Shown: positions 38,577 through 52,294 of the stretch, piece by piece
How the letters are laid out: every line of letters starts with the position of its first letter
Position numbering within the stretch: position 1 is the first letter of the stretch
NCBI RefSeq assembly: GCF_006345805.1
Contig: NC_043017.1
Coordinates: forward strand, 18,290,001 to 18,354,000
Direction of reading: 5' to 3'
Length of the DNA: 64,000 nucleotides
Origin: Octopus sinensis
Lineage: Eukaryota
The notes under the pieces: generated by a model
What the model was told of the DNA's origin: nothing
Seen by the model: only the letters and a program-made list of their open reading frames with translations
The model's database searches: none
Translations under genes and position numbers: made by a program

Positions 38577-38965
38577 CTTCACTAAACGCCGTTTCTTCTT
38601 TGTGTTGTCTTTATTACTTCTCTTCCTCTTTGAATGTACACCAACCACTTCGTTTAAGCTGTTAACATCATTATACGCTCAGGATGACATCTGTGAAAAC
38701 CGGAAATACTTTAATATGGCTATTATAGGTCGATGTAGAGTTCAAGAAAAAATGTTTCACCGACAAAGAGGGGTGAAGAGATGGAACTCAAAACACCGGA
38801 AGAGTTCATTTTATTTCGTTTCATGCTCTAATAAATAAAAACGAAGTTCGGAAGAACAAGCAACAAGCTTGTATCGTAGTTTCAATCCTTGGTTAAATTC
38901 ACATACCTTGTGCCACAATTGTTCTGGAGAAAAAGCAACATTTTGTCTTCATCTTCCCTATAAAC

Positions 38966-39178
38966 CAGTGATTCTCAACCATTTTCTACCCATAGACCCC
39001 TTTGATCCCTACTTTACTTAACTAGACCCTTGTAGCCATTTTTGATGTGTAATAATCCTACTATATTTTTGTAAATTAAATATTACTAGGAATTATATAA
39101 AAAATATTTTGTATAACCAATTTTATTGCACAAATTTTAACGGTAAAATCTTATATGGACCCTGTTTGAGAACAACTG
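38966..39178. mobile_element. hAT-type MITE
   Basis: CAGTGATTCTCAAC ... TTTGAGAACAACTG termini; degenerate 8-bp flanks ctataaac/ctattaga. Confidence 0.65.
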
Positions 39179-40394
39179 CTATTAGACCCTCTGTCTAATA
39201 AAAAAATAATAATTAATTAAATCTAACATTTATTTTATGGACACAATTTTGAGAAAGAAAAGTGGTTGAATCCTAGAGAACAGGACTCGAGATATGTCAC
39301 TCTTATTTCTTTACTGCCCACAAGGGGCTAAACATAGAGGGGACAGACAAAGGGATTAAGTCGATTAGATCGACCCAGTGCGTAACTGGTATTTATTTAA
39401 TCTTCCCCGAAAGGATGAAAGACAAAGTCGACATCGGCGGAATTTGAACTCAGAACGTAACGGCAGACGAAATACCTATTTCTTTACTACCCACAAGGGG
39501 CTAAACACAGAGAGGACAAACAAGGACAGACAAAGGGATTAAGTCAATTACATCGACTCCAGTGCGTAACTGGTACTTAATTTATCGACCTTGAAAGGAT
39601 GAAAGGCAAAGTCGACCTCGGCGGAATTTGAACTCAGAACATAACGGCGGACGAAATAAGGCTACGCATTTCGCCCGGTGTGCTAACGTTTCTGCCAGCT
39701 TGCCGCCTTTTGTTATGTCACTCTTGCTACGGGGTAGTTTACGTTACTAGTTACAAAACAGAAGAACACCTACCCCAAGCTAAATGTTATAAATAATTTT
39801 ATGCAATTTTGGTTGTACTAATTTGTCCCCGAAAATAATTACTTAGCGCCAGAAAAGTGTGCTAGTAAAGTAGTTCTTTTTCTATTGCTATTGTCATCAC
39901 AAACGTTGAAGTAATATAGAACATATCAGCATGGTGGACATTAAATGCAATAACTTAATCTACTACCAATAAGTGGTTAACCAAATTATGTGAAATACTT
40001 GAGAAGATAAATACATATGCACGATATGTATTAGGGTGTGAATGTCTGCGCCTGTATAGACATATTTTTTCTTGTTTCAGTCATTAGACAACGGCCATGT
40101 TGGGGCACTGCCTTGAACAATTTGTTTCAGTCGAATGAATCAACCCCAGTATTTATTTTTTTGTTACTTACTCTATCAGTCTCTTTTGCCGAACAGCTAA
40201 GTTACGGGGGTGTAAATACACCAACACCGGGTGTCAAGCGATTATGGAGGACAAAAACAGACAAACACACACACACATACATATATACGATGGGCTTCTT
40301 TCAGTTTCCTCACAAGGAAATCCACCCACAAGGCTTCGGTCGGTCCGAGGCTATAGTAGGAGACACTTGTCCTGGGTATCACGCAGTTGGACTT

Positions 40395-40906
40395 AGTCGA
40401 ATCATCGAGTCGAAAGAGTACTGGAGTCGGAGAAATGTAAGATTTTGTGGAACTTTCCTACTCAAACGGACAAGAAATTTGAAAATAATAGACCAGATAT
40501 AACAATTGTAGACAAGAAAAAGCAAAGTTGCTTACTAATTGATCTATCATGTCCGTTTGATTCCAGAAACGCGAGGAAAGAGGAATAAAAAACAATACAA
40601 TCCCTTAAAGTTTGAAATAGGAAGAATTTGGAGCATGCAAACAGTAAAGTTCGTGCCAATAATAATTGGTGTGTTGGGAACAGCAAGTGAAGATATAGAG
40701 AAATGGCTGAAGGAGACTGGGATAGAATTCCCAGTTGAACTCCTGCAGAAAGTTTGTCTCTTAGGGACAGCAAGGATTATCAGGAGGATTCTAAGCACTC
40801 GAAAGACTGCTGAAAACTTGTGGATACCTAAGGTTACAGAGGGTAACCCGCTACCCACATAAATCCTACCAGGTATAAGGCCGGACCTGAGCCAAACCAA
40901 AATAAT
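40395..40906 (+). mobile_element. R4/Dong-type non-LTR retrotransposon 3' end (restriction-like endonuclease)
   Basis: ILWNFPTQTDKKFENNRPDITIVDKK..LLIDLSCPFD..VPIIIGVLG..LLQKVCLLGTARIIRR. Confidence 0.85.
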
Positions 40907-42407
40907 AATCCCATCAGTATAGGCACAAGCCTGAAATCAAGTAGCCCCCACCCCTAAAATCTGTTTGTTTTATAATTTGTATTTCTTTATCGATTGTCTG
41001 ACGATGTTGTTTGCTCTATGCTTGCTTTTGAAGCTGCAGCTACTGAGTGCATCTGTAGTGTGACGTCATGTGTTGCCGAATACAGAAACATATGTAACAA
41101 TTGGAATAAATCATTACCAAGTCAACGCTCACGTTCTCTTCTCTTCTCATTATTGCAAAACTTTGTTGATGAAACCCCGACTATATCTTATCTAGCTGAG
41201 AGCATCCGTCCTCCTCCACTAGATCCTGCGCATTAACCGCAAGGGTTGTGACGTTACAGTCATCAACTATCCGAATGTGTTCCCTTCTGGACCCTTTTTG
41301 GGGTCTCAAGGTAAGTAAAACTTTGTGTCCATACCATGCTTCCAGGACAAGTTACAAACCCATCGCCAATTTTCACATCGTTAGATGGAGACTGTAGAGT
41401 GCTTTTCGGTCAAACGCTTCTACCTAAGCCCCGAACGTGTCTCTTGTTATCCTGCGCGAAAGACGATGCAGTATAGTTGCATTTATTGCCTCTAACCGTA
41501 CTGCGGCTTTTGGCGGTCTTATTCGAGCCATTCATCAATTTAATAATTTTCTCAGACCAGCGGAGACAGGTTTTTTTTTTGACACGCCTCGTCCTTACTA
41601 CATCTCTGGGTTGTGAGAGTTTTCTTGAGAGCTAACACTATCGCCCATTTTTCCATCTCCCCTGGTAGGTTATTGCCGTTTGGTGCAGGGTTGTTTATTC
41701 GTCCTGCAAGAATCCGTTTTTCTCGTAACTAACCTTCATTTCAGGTGGCCATATCACTACATGTCACCTACGACCCGCTCTCTAGCTGAACATTTCTACC
41801 AAAATCATTCTAAATCAGGTGATCTCGGTCCTGACCTAGTTCGATCATATGATATCGAACGCAGATTTCCATGAGTTTCCGCGTAAAACAAGGCCTTAGA
41901 TTGAAATGTGCGTCACACGTAGGGCCAGCGGTTTCAGATTTTCTTCAGAAGACAGGATTTTTAGTCGCTGCTCGTCGTGGGATTTTAAAAAATCACTTTT
42001 TAGATAGTCTTGCTAGTATGCATCACGCCTCTAGCCGTATACATATATATATATATGTATATATATATATCACCGTGACCGACCAGGCTATCAGATGTTG
42101 CTACACATCGCTGGTCACAATGCGCTTCGCATTGTTTTAGCCTTCAAATGACGTCACCCCGCTGGCTAAGCGAGCAGGCCAACAGACGAAAGTGTGAGAG
42201 AAAGTTGTGGCGAAAGAGTACAGCAGGGATCGCCACCATCCCCTGCCGGAGCCTCGTGGAGCATTTAGGTGTTCTCGCTCAATAAACATACACAACGCCC
42301 AGTCTGTGAATCGAAACCGCGAGTCCGCTACCCTAACCACTGGGCCATTGCGCCTCCACACACACACAACACACACACACACACAACACACACACACACA
42401 CACACAC

Positions 42408-42507
<100 letters not shown>

Positions 42508-42887
42508 TATAGTATATAGTATCTACTAACAGTTTTATAAAATACTTAATAGCGTTCTGTTTATCATTTATGCAGTCATCAAAATTTTTATGTCTTGTTG
42601 AGATTGGTTCTCTTTCTTTCCCGATGAAAAGATTACGTTAGTTTACACCGTTTATTCCTTTCGAATAAAACGATGTTGTCTTCGAAATATATGTCGAAAG
42701 TAAAAGAATTTGAATAACATCTGCGTTCAACTCCATTTATATACTTATACTATACAAATTACTGCACATTAACCTGGAATTTCTACCTTTGAATTTCATC
42801 CTTGTGACTTGCGTGAATGTTGCTACCCTGGTAACTGTTTATTGAATTTTCCATGTTAAAGGTAAACAAAGGATAATTTATTCATCC

Positions 42888-42936
<49 letters not shown>

Positions 42937-43003
42937 TATTTACATACGTATATGTACATAATTATATCTATACGTATACATATAATTTGTGTTCGTGTGT
43001 GTG

Positions 43004-43034
<31 letters not shown>

Positions 43035-43121
43035 GTACGTACGTACGTATGTATGTATGTGAGTATGTATGTATGTATGTATGTATGTATGTATGTATGT
43101 ATGTATGTTTGTATGTATGTA

Positions 43122-43177
<56 letters not shown>

Positions 43178-43249
43178 CGTACAAAGACACTCCTGGAATA
43201 CGGCTCCATATTCTCGGCAATTAAACTCTGTATAAATGGTTCCATCGAA

Positions 43250-43413
43250 AATTTAGAAATTTACGATTGGTAACAAGGACGCAACATAACCAAGTATTCA
43301 CCCAGCTTCTCAAGTTACGCCGCTATGATATACACGCGCAATACATACGGACTTAATAGACCACAACGTATACACACGCAATACAAAGCAGACATTATAC
43401 ACCCAATATATAT

Positions 43414-43461
<48 letters not shown>

Positions 43462-44900
43462 GGTCAATTAAGTCCGTATATATTGCGCGTGTATATCATA
43501 GCGGCGTAACTTGAGAAGCTGGGTGAATAATTGGTTATGTTGCGTCCTTGTTACCAATTGTAAATTTCGAAATTACAATGCCAAATTCAATATTTTGATG
43601 GCAGACCTCGTCAGAATAATGAGAAACGTGTCACGTATGTGCAAGCTTACAGAGCTAAAGAGACACATACAATATTTCATTCACCGCAAGCAGTTCTCTG
43701 GTTACAGCCATAAAGAAAAGATCAGAGTATACAAAGGAGCCATGATGAAATTTGATAATATATTATGTAATGATAGGAATGAGATTTGCCCACTCTATAG
43801 GAACAAGTCATGGAACACTATAGAAAGGACAAAAAAGAAAATAGGGAAGGCCAAATCTTGGTATGATAGCCATAAATACCAGAGTGTCATGTTCGTTGAC
43901 ACCACCCCTGGAGGTGAACTGGCGTACCGCTTTAGAAGGACCCTAGACAAACTTAAGCTAAAGATTAAGGTTGTTGAAAAGCCAGGCAACCCTATCAAAT
44001 CTATAATTGGTAGAACCTATCCTTTTAGTAGAACCCCCTGTACGGATAAGTACTGTACTGTATGTAGATTTAGCCCACAAACAAACTGTAAAGCCAGAAA
44101 TGTAGTCTATAGTATAAGATGTATAGAGGGATGATGCAGTAACAAGACAACGACATACGTAGAGGAAACGGCAAGAAGCATAGGAGAGCGGGTAAATGAG
44201 CATTCAAGACAACTCAAGGAAGGTAAAAGCTCATCGATTCTGTACCAACACGCTGAACAGGAACACGGGGGATCAATCAACAACATAGAAATTAAAATAT
44301 TGTTCACACATAGAACAGATGCAACAATCAGACAAATTACAGAAGCTACACACATAATAGAAAATAAACCTAGCCTGAATAGAAAACTAGAATGGAACAC
44401 TAGCACACACCACAACATATGACGGTAGAGGATCCCGAAAACATAATAAATACACAGATAAATAAACAAATAGAAATAAATAACTATATTATATATATTT
44501 TTTCGATTTATTATTATTATTACTAGTATTGTTGTTTTACATACATACAAGCATATGTAATGATAATAATAAGTGGATGTAAACACATGAACAAAATAAG
44601 AATAAACAAAAACAACAACAAAAACAAATTATATGAACGTATAGAAACAGAAGATACAAATATTACAGGCATCCCCCACACACACACTAAATAAACATAG
44701 ATGCACATAGAGATATACGCATGCGCAAATGAAGACATACAATAGAAATACAAAATGGCTGACGGTTAGTAAGGAGAGACACAAATAAGAAAGAAGAAAA
44801 CAAAGGACCACTGATGCGGTCGCAGGAGTGTGACGAAAGAACTCTGGCCGAAATAAGATTAAGATTAATGTAAAAAATAAATAACACTGAAGCAAAGTAA
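43250..44900 (+). mobile_element. 5'-truncated Penelope-like element (thumb/linker plus GIY-YIG), with inverted 5' duplication and 3' terminal region
   Basis: SVMFVDTTPGGEL..IKVVEKPG..NCKARNVVYSIRCIEG*CSNKTTTYVEETARSIGERVNEH..LYQHAEQEH..LNRKLEW; arms 43250-43366 and 43458-43574 are inverted around (TA)n. Confidence 0.9.
44805..44849 (+). ncRNA. Type I hammerhead-like motif in the Penelope 3' region (core A9 changed to C)
   Basis: GGACCA-CTGATGC-G-GTCGCA-GGAG-TGTGAC-GAAA-G-AA-C-TC|TGGCC; stems I and II pair. Confidence 0.6.
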
Positions 44901-45129
44901 CACCAAATATATAGTGCGTGTGTTTTTATTGGCTAAACTGGCAAAATGACCATTCCGAAATATAACAATATATATAAAGAAACTCTATAAGATGCACCAA
45001 GTGTAAGCTATGGACACATAAGAGGTGCAGCAACGTCAAGGGAAGGCTAACTAGGAAGATAGTTTTTGTATGTGGCAGATGCTCAGGAGCAATAAACACT
45101 GAAAATGCGCAGAGACCAACTTCCGCCAC

Positions 45130-46268
45130 ATTCCAGGGAGAAAAACTAGAAATAGTTGATAGCTTCCGTTACCTAGGTGACCAAGTCAGTAGCGGGGGCG
45201 GGTGTGTTGAAAGTGTAACTGCTAGAGTAAGAATAGCTTGGGCAAAGTTCAGAGAGCTCTTACCTCTGCTAGTGACAAAAGGCCTCTCGCTCAGAGTAAA
45301 AGGTAGACTGTATGATGCTTGTGTACGAACAGCCATGCTACATGGCAGTGAAACATGGGCCGTGACTGCTGAGGATATGCGTAAGCTCGCAAGAAATGAA
45401 GCCAGCATGCTCCGATGGATGTGTAATGTCAGTGTTCATACTCGACAGAGAGTAAGTACCTTGAGAGAGAAGTTGGACCTAAGAAGCATCAGTTGCGGTG
45501 TGCAAGAGAGACGTTTGCGCTGGTATGGCCATGTGGCGAGAATGGATGAAGATAGTTGTGTGAAAAAGTGCGAACCCTAGCTGTTGAGGGAACCTGTGGA
45601 AGAGGCAGACCCAGGAAAACCTGGGATGAGGTGGTGAAGCACGACCTTCGAACTTTAGGTCTCACCGAGGAAATGACTAGAGACCGAAACCTTTGGAAGT
45701 ATGCTGTGCGTGAGAAGACCCGGCAGGACAAGTGAGACCATCACCCATGGCCTCAGTCCACTTATGCATACCTTTCCTTCTTGGGACACAAAACCCTACT
45801 TGTGAAGATCTGTTGATGCGAGTGAAAATCAAAAAATCAAAAATCAAAATCGATCAACACGAATGGAAATTGTAGCTGTGATACCAGTGCTGGTGGCACA
45901 TAAGAGCACCATCCGAACGTGGCCGTTGCCAGTGCCGCCCTGACTGGCTTCCGTGCCGGTGGCACGTAAAAGGCACCATCCGATCGTGGCCGTTTGCCAG
46001 CCTCGCCTGGCCTCCGTGCCGGTGGCACGTAAAGAGCACCATCTGACCGTGGCCGTTTGCCAGCCTCGTCTGGCACCTGTGCCGGTGGCACGTAAAAAGC
46101 ACCCACTACACTCATGGAGTGGTTGTCGTTAGGAAGGGCATCTAGCCGTAGAAACATTGCCAGATCAGACTGGGCCTGATGAAGCCTTCTGGCTTCCCAG
46201 ACCCCAGATGCACCGTCCAACCCATGCCAGCATGGAAAGCGGACGCTAAACGATGATGATGATGATGA
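45130..46268 (+). mobile_element. Relatively young 5'-truncated RTE LINE (RT C-terminus plus complete 3'UTR)
   Basis: TKGLSLRVKGRLYDACVRTAMLHGSETW...ERRLRWYGHVARM; ends ggacgctaaacgatgatgat. Confidence 0.95.
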
Positions 46269-46341
46269 TATATATATATATACACACACGCAAACACACA
46301 ACACATATACAGATATACAGTCACTTAGAAAATTTACTGAC

Positions 46342-46600
46342 TACAGTAATCCCTCGTTCAACTTTCGCGGTTCATTTATCGCAGTTCACCTATCGCGGTT
46401 TATTATTTAAGCTTACGTCGATTTCTCTGTTATGATGTTTTGCATCTCTTATGATAAAATTTATGATAAAATAAATATATACAAATTATAAAAATAATTA
46501 CAAAAAAAATACACAGTACAGTAGTTTCTACTTCGCGGATTTTCACCTATCGCGGGGAGTTTTGGAACGTAACACCAGCGATAGTGGGGGGATTATTGTA
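46342..46600. mobile_element. Tigger/pogo-type MITE
   Basis: TA-CAGTAATCCC ... GGGATTATTG-TA termini. Confidence 0.75.
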
Positions 46601-47374
46601 TAAGTATTATACACACACACGCACGCACGCACACACTCATCGTACAGACAGATAAAGAAAACGAGAAACATTACAAGAACACAGACGCACACATATACAC
46701 ACGCACGCGCACAGGCACCGACGACGCACCGGTAGGCACACGCATACGCACACATGCACGCCGACGCACACACACACTCCTCACCTGCTGCGCGCGCACG
46801 CACAAAGATTATGTACCCGATCCGATATTCTCTCCCCCTCACACACATCAAACCAGAGCTGAAAGGTAAGAAACCCACCAAAAACGCGTTTCCCTAAATT
46901 GAAATTGGGTCCTTCCTTATTTGTTTGTTTCACGAGAATCAGACTGACCCTTGAGTTCGGGTATTTTTGGTACCCGGCTACGATCACATTTCAGCTGCGA
47001 AATCTCTCTCTCTCTCTCTCTCTCACTTACTATCTCTGTTTAATAAATCTCTCCCACTTTTCCTCTCTTTATCTTCTTCTACTTTCATCTTAATATCCCA
47101 CGCCCTCTCTGCGCGTGTGCGTGCATGTATGTGTGCGTTTATGTATATAACAAATCACTCCCCTGTTTCTTCTGTCTATCTACCTCTTCCTTCTCTCTCA
47201 CCCCGAGTGTGTGTACATGGTAAATATGAAAAGAAAAAAATATACTATACACACATAAACACACACACACACACACACAGATACTCATAGACATATTCAT
47301 ATTTCACAAATCTTTTCCTCGTTTCTTCTCTCTCTTCCTTTACCTCTCAGCCCATCTCTGCGCTGTTTATATAC

Positions 47375-47410
<36 letters not shown>

Positions 47411-47630
47411 CATTCTTTCTATACTTCGTCTTACCCTCTATATTGAAAACAATATACACACCACTGCCTTCTTCCTTCTCTTACACTCTCTCTTCCTCAC
47501 TCTTTCACTCCTTCTTCCTTCCTTCCATTCAACCCACGGTTATTCTTTTAAACATTATCTCTCGAGTGAAACGAAATGTAGCCTCCTTGGATTCCACCAC
47601 AAACGACTATTCAGCCCTCAAAATACATAA

Positions 47631-47653
47631 ATGCATGGACAGTACTCGGTGAG
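47631..47653 (+). CDS. Candidate first coding exon end of an unidentified plus-strand gene
   Basis: ATG CAT GGA CAG TAC TCG GTG AG|gtaaga (phase 2); in frame with 56827-56929. Confidence 0.3.
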
Positions 47654-49041
47654 GTAAGACTGCTTATAGCGATCTCTTGATATTTATACGCTTGTAAAAC
47701 GTATACCGGGTACACTACATATCCGTATATGTATCTATTGATGTTTCTTTCTAATGTAAAACTGTCATCAAACTAAAGAGTAAATGCCTGTAGAGTAAAT
47801 GTTTAGTAAACTTTTACAAGAGATCTGACAGTGACTTCGAAGTTTGTTTATGTTTGTGTGTCTGCGTATGTACGTATGAATATACTTATGTGTGTATGTA
47901 TATATGTTTGTATGTGTGTATGTATGTGTGTATGCATGTATGTATGTATGTGTGTGTATGTATGTAGAAACTGAGTATACGTACACACGAATATGCGGGT
48001 ATGTGTGTGTGTGTATATATGTATGCATGTTTCCAACAAACACCCTCCTCCTCACCAAGCAAGCTCGGTGGGGGCTTCCACGTTGATGTCCCCTTAGTTG
48101 ATGTGCACTATCAGCATCTTTTTATTCATAGGGCAGTCTGGGCTCTATAGCTTTTGAGCAACTAGACTAGGAGAAGGCCACTGATCTGAAATCTACCATC
48201 GATTTAGCATCTGACATGTGGTACACTGTGCACCTGTGCAGGTAAATGCTTTTTTAATGGGGAGAGGAGTGTGCATTTTGCTGCACAAGCAATGACCACT
48301 ATAAACAAAACCATGTGCAGGTAGTTCTGTAGAATGTTATCAGCAAATACCACCATCATGTTTTGATGGTGAGAGTATACACTGCCACCCCTAAAATAAG
48401 AAAAATCCTATGACGATGAAAGGATAGCGACTGGAAGAGGTGAATGATGTCACTGGAAGTTCTTAGCTTGAACTTCACACATAAGCGGTGAAAGGTAGAT
48501 GACCTTTTTACACAACATCCACATGTAATTGTGTAATTTTAGTCCTCCTTTCACAACAAAACATCCCAAGATTGGTCCTCACTTCTTCATCCCATGTGTT
48601 CCTGGGCCTCCTTCTTCCATGGTTGCTATCTCCTTTCAGCAATCAGCACATCTTTATACAGCTGTCTTCATTCATACGCATCACATATCCAAACCAAAAT
48701 AGTCTTCTCTCTTGCATGCTGCATTTGATACCTCTTATGCCCAAATTTTCTCTCAACACTTTTGTGCTTTGTCATTCATGCACATTGATACTGCACATCC
48801 AACAAAACATACTACCTTCATTCCTCTCCAGTCTATGCATGTCTCCTGCATTCAGAGCCCATGTCTCACTACCATGTAACATAGCCATTCATACACAAGC
48901 ATCATACAATTTGCCTTTCATGAAAGAGAGTCCTTTTGTGTGTGTGTATATATATGTATATATATATATACATATATATACACACACACAAAAGGACTCT
49001 CTTTCATGAAAGGCAATTGTATGATGCTTGTGTATGAATGG

Positions 49042-49109
<68 letters not shown>

Positions 49110-49112
<3 letters not shown>

Positions 49113-49460
49113 TTGGCATCCTTTTTGTCTCAGGAGACAATGGAGTTGCGCATAAAGTAGTCTAATCCGGTTTTACATTTCATGTCCTGATACACTTCCT
49201 GCTGTGGCTGTGTAGTCCTATCCTGGACAAACCTGGCAGGTACCGCAAATGTAGCGAAGACTGTTCCTGGCTGGTTGTAATGCCATAGTTTCTTGTCGAC
49301 GTCTTTTCTTGTCTTTCCATTTCTCCTCTCTCTCTCTGTCACTCCTTTGTATTCCCTCTTTTATGGTACGTCGCCAGTCTCCACGGTTGCCGGCAACTGC
49401 CTCTCAACAGCTAATATTGAGGTTGCAGGCCTTCATGTCCCTTTTGCAAACATCCTTGTA
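49110..49460 (-). mobile_element. RTE LINE 3' end
   Basis: RYKDVCKRDMK..., C-terminal SRIGLHSHSRKC-like segment, ends ccattgtctcctgagacaaaaaggatgcca. Confidence 0.75.
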
Positions 49461-49479
49461 ACGTATATATATATATATA

Positions 49480-50630
49480 ACATAAATCTGAAAGAAGAAG
49501 CACACTCTAAGATGTAGAGCAGTATATATTAAAAATGGGGAAGACTGGTTTAGGGATTACTTTAGATTTCCTGACCATAAAGGGTTTAGCTTTATGGCAT
49601 ATTGTCAGGTCCTAAAAACCTGTTGGCCCATGACCTCTTAAAAATATGGACGGGGAAATGCCTCACTACTCAAGGGTAACAATTGGGGTTTATCTCCTTT
49701 TGCTATTGGCTATCGACGTCCAGCTGTGCCGCCATCTTGTGGACTCCAAGAAGCTAGCAGGAATCTCCTGAAATGTAAACATGGCTCGAAAATCTCTGTT
49801 CTGGAGTTAAGGATGTTCCCTGGTTCGAGTGAGTCCTTTAGGATTCTTGAGTGTTCAGTTATGCATAACTTGCAACACTTTGTCCCATTGATGTAGGGGT
49901 CTGGGTTCTCAAGGATTTTCCATGAGATTGAGTATGGAATCCCATCATCTCTTAGTTACCAGACATGGCTGGCCAGTGATGTTATGCATCTCCTTTCTGG
50001 AACTCTGAAAAAGGACCTGTGGTTGGAGAGACATTACTTGAAAGAGTTCCCAGAACATCCAATGTTTCTCCTTGGGTGCATGTTGTTGGTGTTGTACCTG
50101 CTGGTGTTGTTGTTGTTGTTGCTACATCTAACATCGGTGTTACTAGATCTGGGATTACTGGTATTGGCATCGCTGGAAGTGGTGGTGGCATTGGTATCGC
50201 CACTGTCGGTTATGATGAAGGCTTTGTTGTTGTTATTGTGGTCATTGGTGGGAAAGCTGCCATTGCTGCTAGGGGTGTCAGCTGTGGTTCCGTTAGCATT
50301 TCTGCTAGGGCCACTGTCACTGCTGCTGCTATAGGGGTTGTCACCAACAAGGAAAAAGCAGAGCAAGGTTCACCCAGTTTGATATAGTTGACTTTTACCC
50401 ATCTATATCAAAAGGACTACTGGCCAAGCGCTTTCTTTCATTAGGGACTTCACTAACATTAGCCAGAGAGATATAGAAGTCATTATGCATGCCAGAAAGA
50501 CAGGGCTGTTCAGCAAAGGTTCAGAATGGGTCAAGCAATCCAACCCCTTGGGCTCCTCTGATGTAGCGATGGGAGCCTTTGATAGCGCTGACGTATGCAA
50601 CCTCATCAGGTTGTTTATCCTCAATAGTTC
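49480..50630. mobile_element. Rearranged Penelope-like element: GIY-YIG on minus, RT on plus
   Basis: Minus 49730-50330: RRNI/GCSGNSFK..SLASHVW..YSISWKILE..KCCKLCITE..LNSRTEIFEPCLH. Plus ~50340-50630: FTQFDIVDFYPSIS..IMHARK..DVAMGAFDSADVCNLIRLFIL. Confidence 0.9.
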
Positions 50631-51024
50631 CCCCCATAACAAAACAAACTAATGCAATACAGTACTGGGAAGAGTTTGCACCCCCCTCCAACAACAGAAA
50701 AGGACCCACAATGCTGCACACACCCCAGAAACATGAATGTGTAGTAAGGTGATGCAGTAAAAATTTGCCTGAAACTGCCAAATGCTGAATAATAATAATA
50801 AAAAGAAGTGAAATCAAACCAGTGCAGAAATTTATTATTGACATGGCCCTCCTAAGAATCATACTCCACTCAAATATGAACAGTACAACCAGAGTATAGA
50901 TCTGTGTTTACTTTAGTATGTCCATATTTGTCAAAAATATTGTTTGTACACAATAGTGCTATCACTGGCCTGACTTGGTGCTTTACTATTTAAGTAGTGA
51001 TCCTCTTGAAACCTGCAAATTATA

Positions 51025-51068
<44 letters not shown>

Positions 51069-51078
51069 TATAGAAGGA

Positions 51079-51125
51079 GCTTCTACAGGACTAGAACTGT
51101 TTCACACGAGAAATCTTCAGGAAGC
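51079..51125 (-). ncRNA. Minimal type I hammerhead motif
   Basis: GCTTC-CTGAAGA-TTTCTCGTGT-GAAA-CAG-TTCTAGTC-CTG-TA|GAAGC; stem II weak. Confidence 0.6.
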
Positions 51126-52294
51126 TAGTTAACAAGAATTGTATGGCATGTATACATTTAGGCAGGTTAAAGGGGGTGTTGGTGGGGGCTTTTTGGGGGT
51201 AGGCATAGCGCAAAAATCATACTTGGGGGAGTGGTCAAGGAGTCAGTGTTAAATTAGATAGGAGAATAAAATAAAAAATAAAAATAAAAAAAAAAGTAAA
51301 AATAAAAAATAAAAAATAAAAAAAATATAAAAAATAAAAATAAAAATAAAAAAAATAAAAATATATAATATATTATATATATATATAATATATATTATAC
51401 ATATATATATATAAAGGGGGGAATAGAGTTTTAGGTAAATGAGGAGATTCTCACTTATACCTCTATACACACATACACACTATATACACTCACACATACA
51501 TTATACATATCTACACATACACATATATATGTATACATACACACCTCACTTGCATACACGTATACACACATGTATATATACACACACGACCACACATACA
51601 TATACCACACAGAAAAATATATATATACACATACACACCACATACTCACATACACGCATACACACAAATCATACACACATGCACACACAGCCACTAGTCC
51701 CTATATACACATATATACACATACACACTATATATACACCCACACATACACATACATACACATATATATACATACATAAACATACATATACATATATATA
51801 TACACATACACATATATATATATATATACCACACATATAACATATGTGTACCCATGCATACTACACATACACACATATATATATATACATATCAAATACA
51901 ACCCATTCCCTAATTTTAATTTTATTATCTTCGTTTATTACTTTTGTTATCTTTGGCCGCTTGGTCACAAACATTGGCTATGACAGCCAGACCATTTATC
52001 GTCTACTGGAAACAATTACTCATTCACTCACGCCACACTCTTTAGCACGTACACTCACTCATTCGTACACTATACGCATACACGCACGCACGCGTTATAT
52101 TCATACATACATACATCTTACTTTTTATTTTTTATTTTTTTTTTTGATTTTTTATTTATCTCCTATCTAATTTAACACTGACTCCTTGACCACTCCCCAA
52201 GTATGATTTTTGCGCTATGCCTACCCAAAAAGCCCCCACCAACACCCCTTTAAACTGCCTAAATGTATAAATGCCAATACAATTTGGTTAACTA

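Noticed and set aside
38170-38838. 222-aa plus-strand ORF
   Set aside because: Starts at a non-ATG codon, has no recognisable domain, and overlaps antisense the better-supported minus-strand ORF
49565-49615. Further hammerhead in the 49.5-kb Penelope terminus
   Set aside because: A strong hairpin is present but the core reads CUGACAA and stems I and III cannot be assigned
49984-50387. Val/Gly-rich ORFs resembling secreted or structural proteins
   Set aside because: Antisense of the low-complexity Penelope linker
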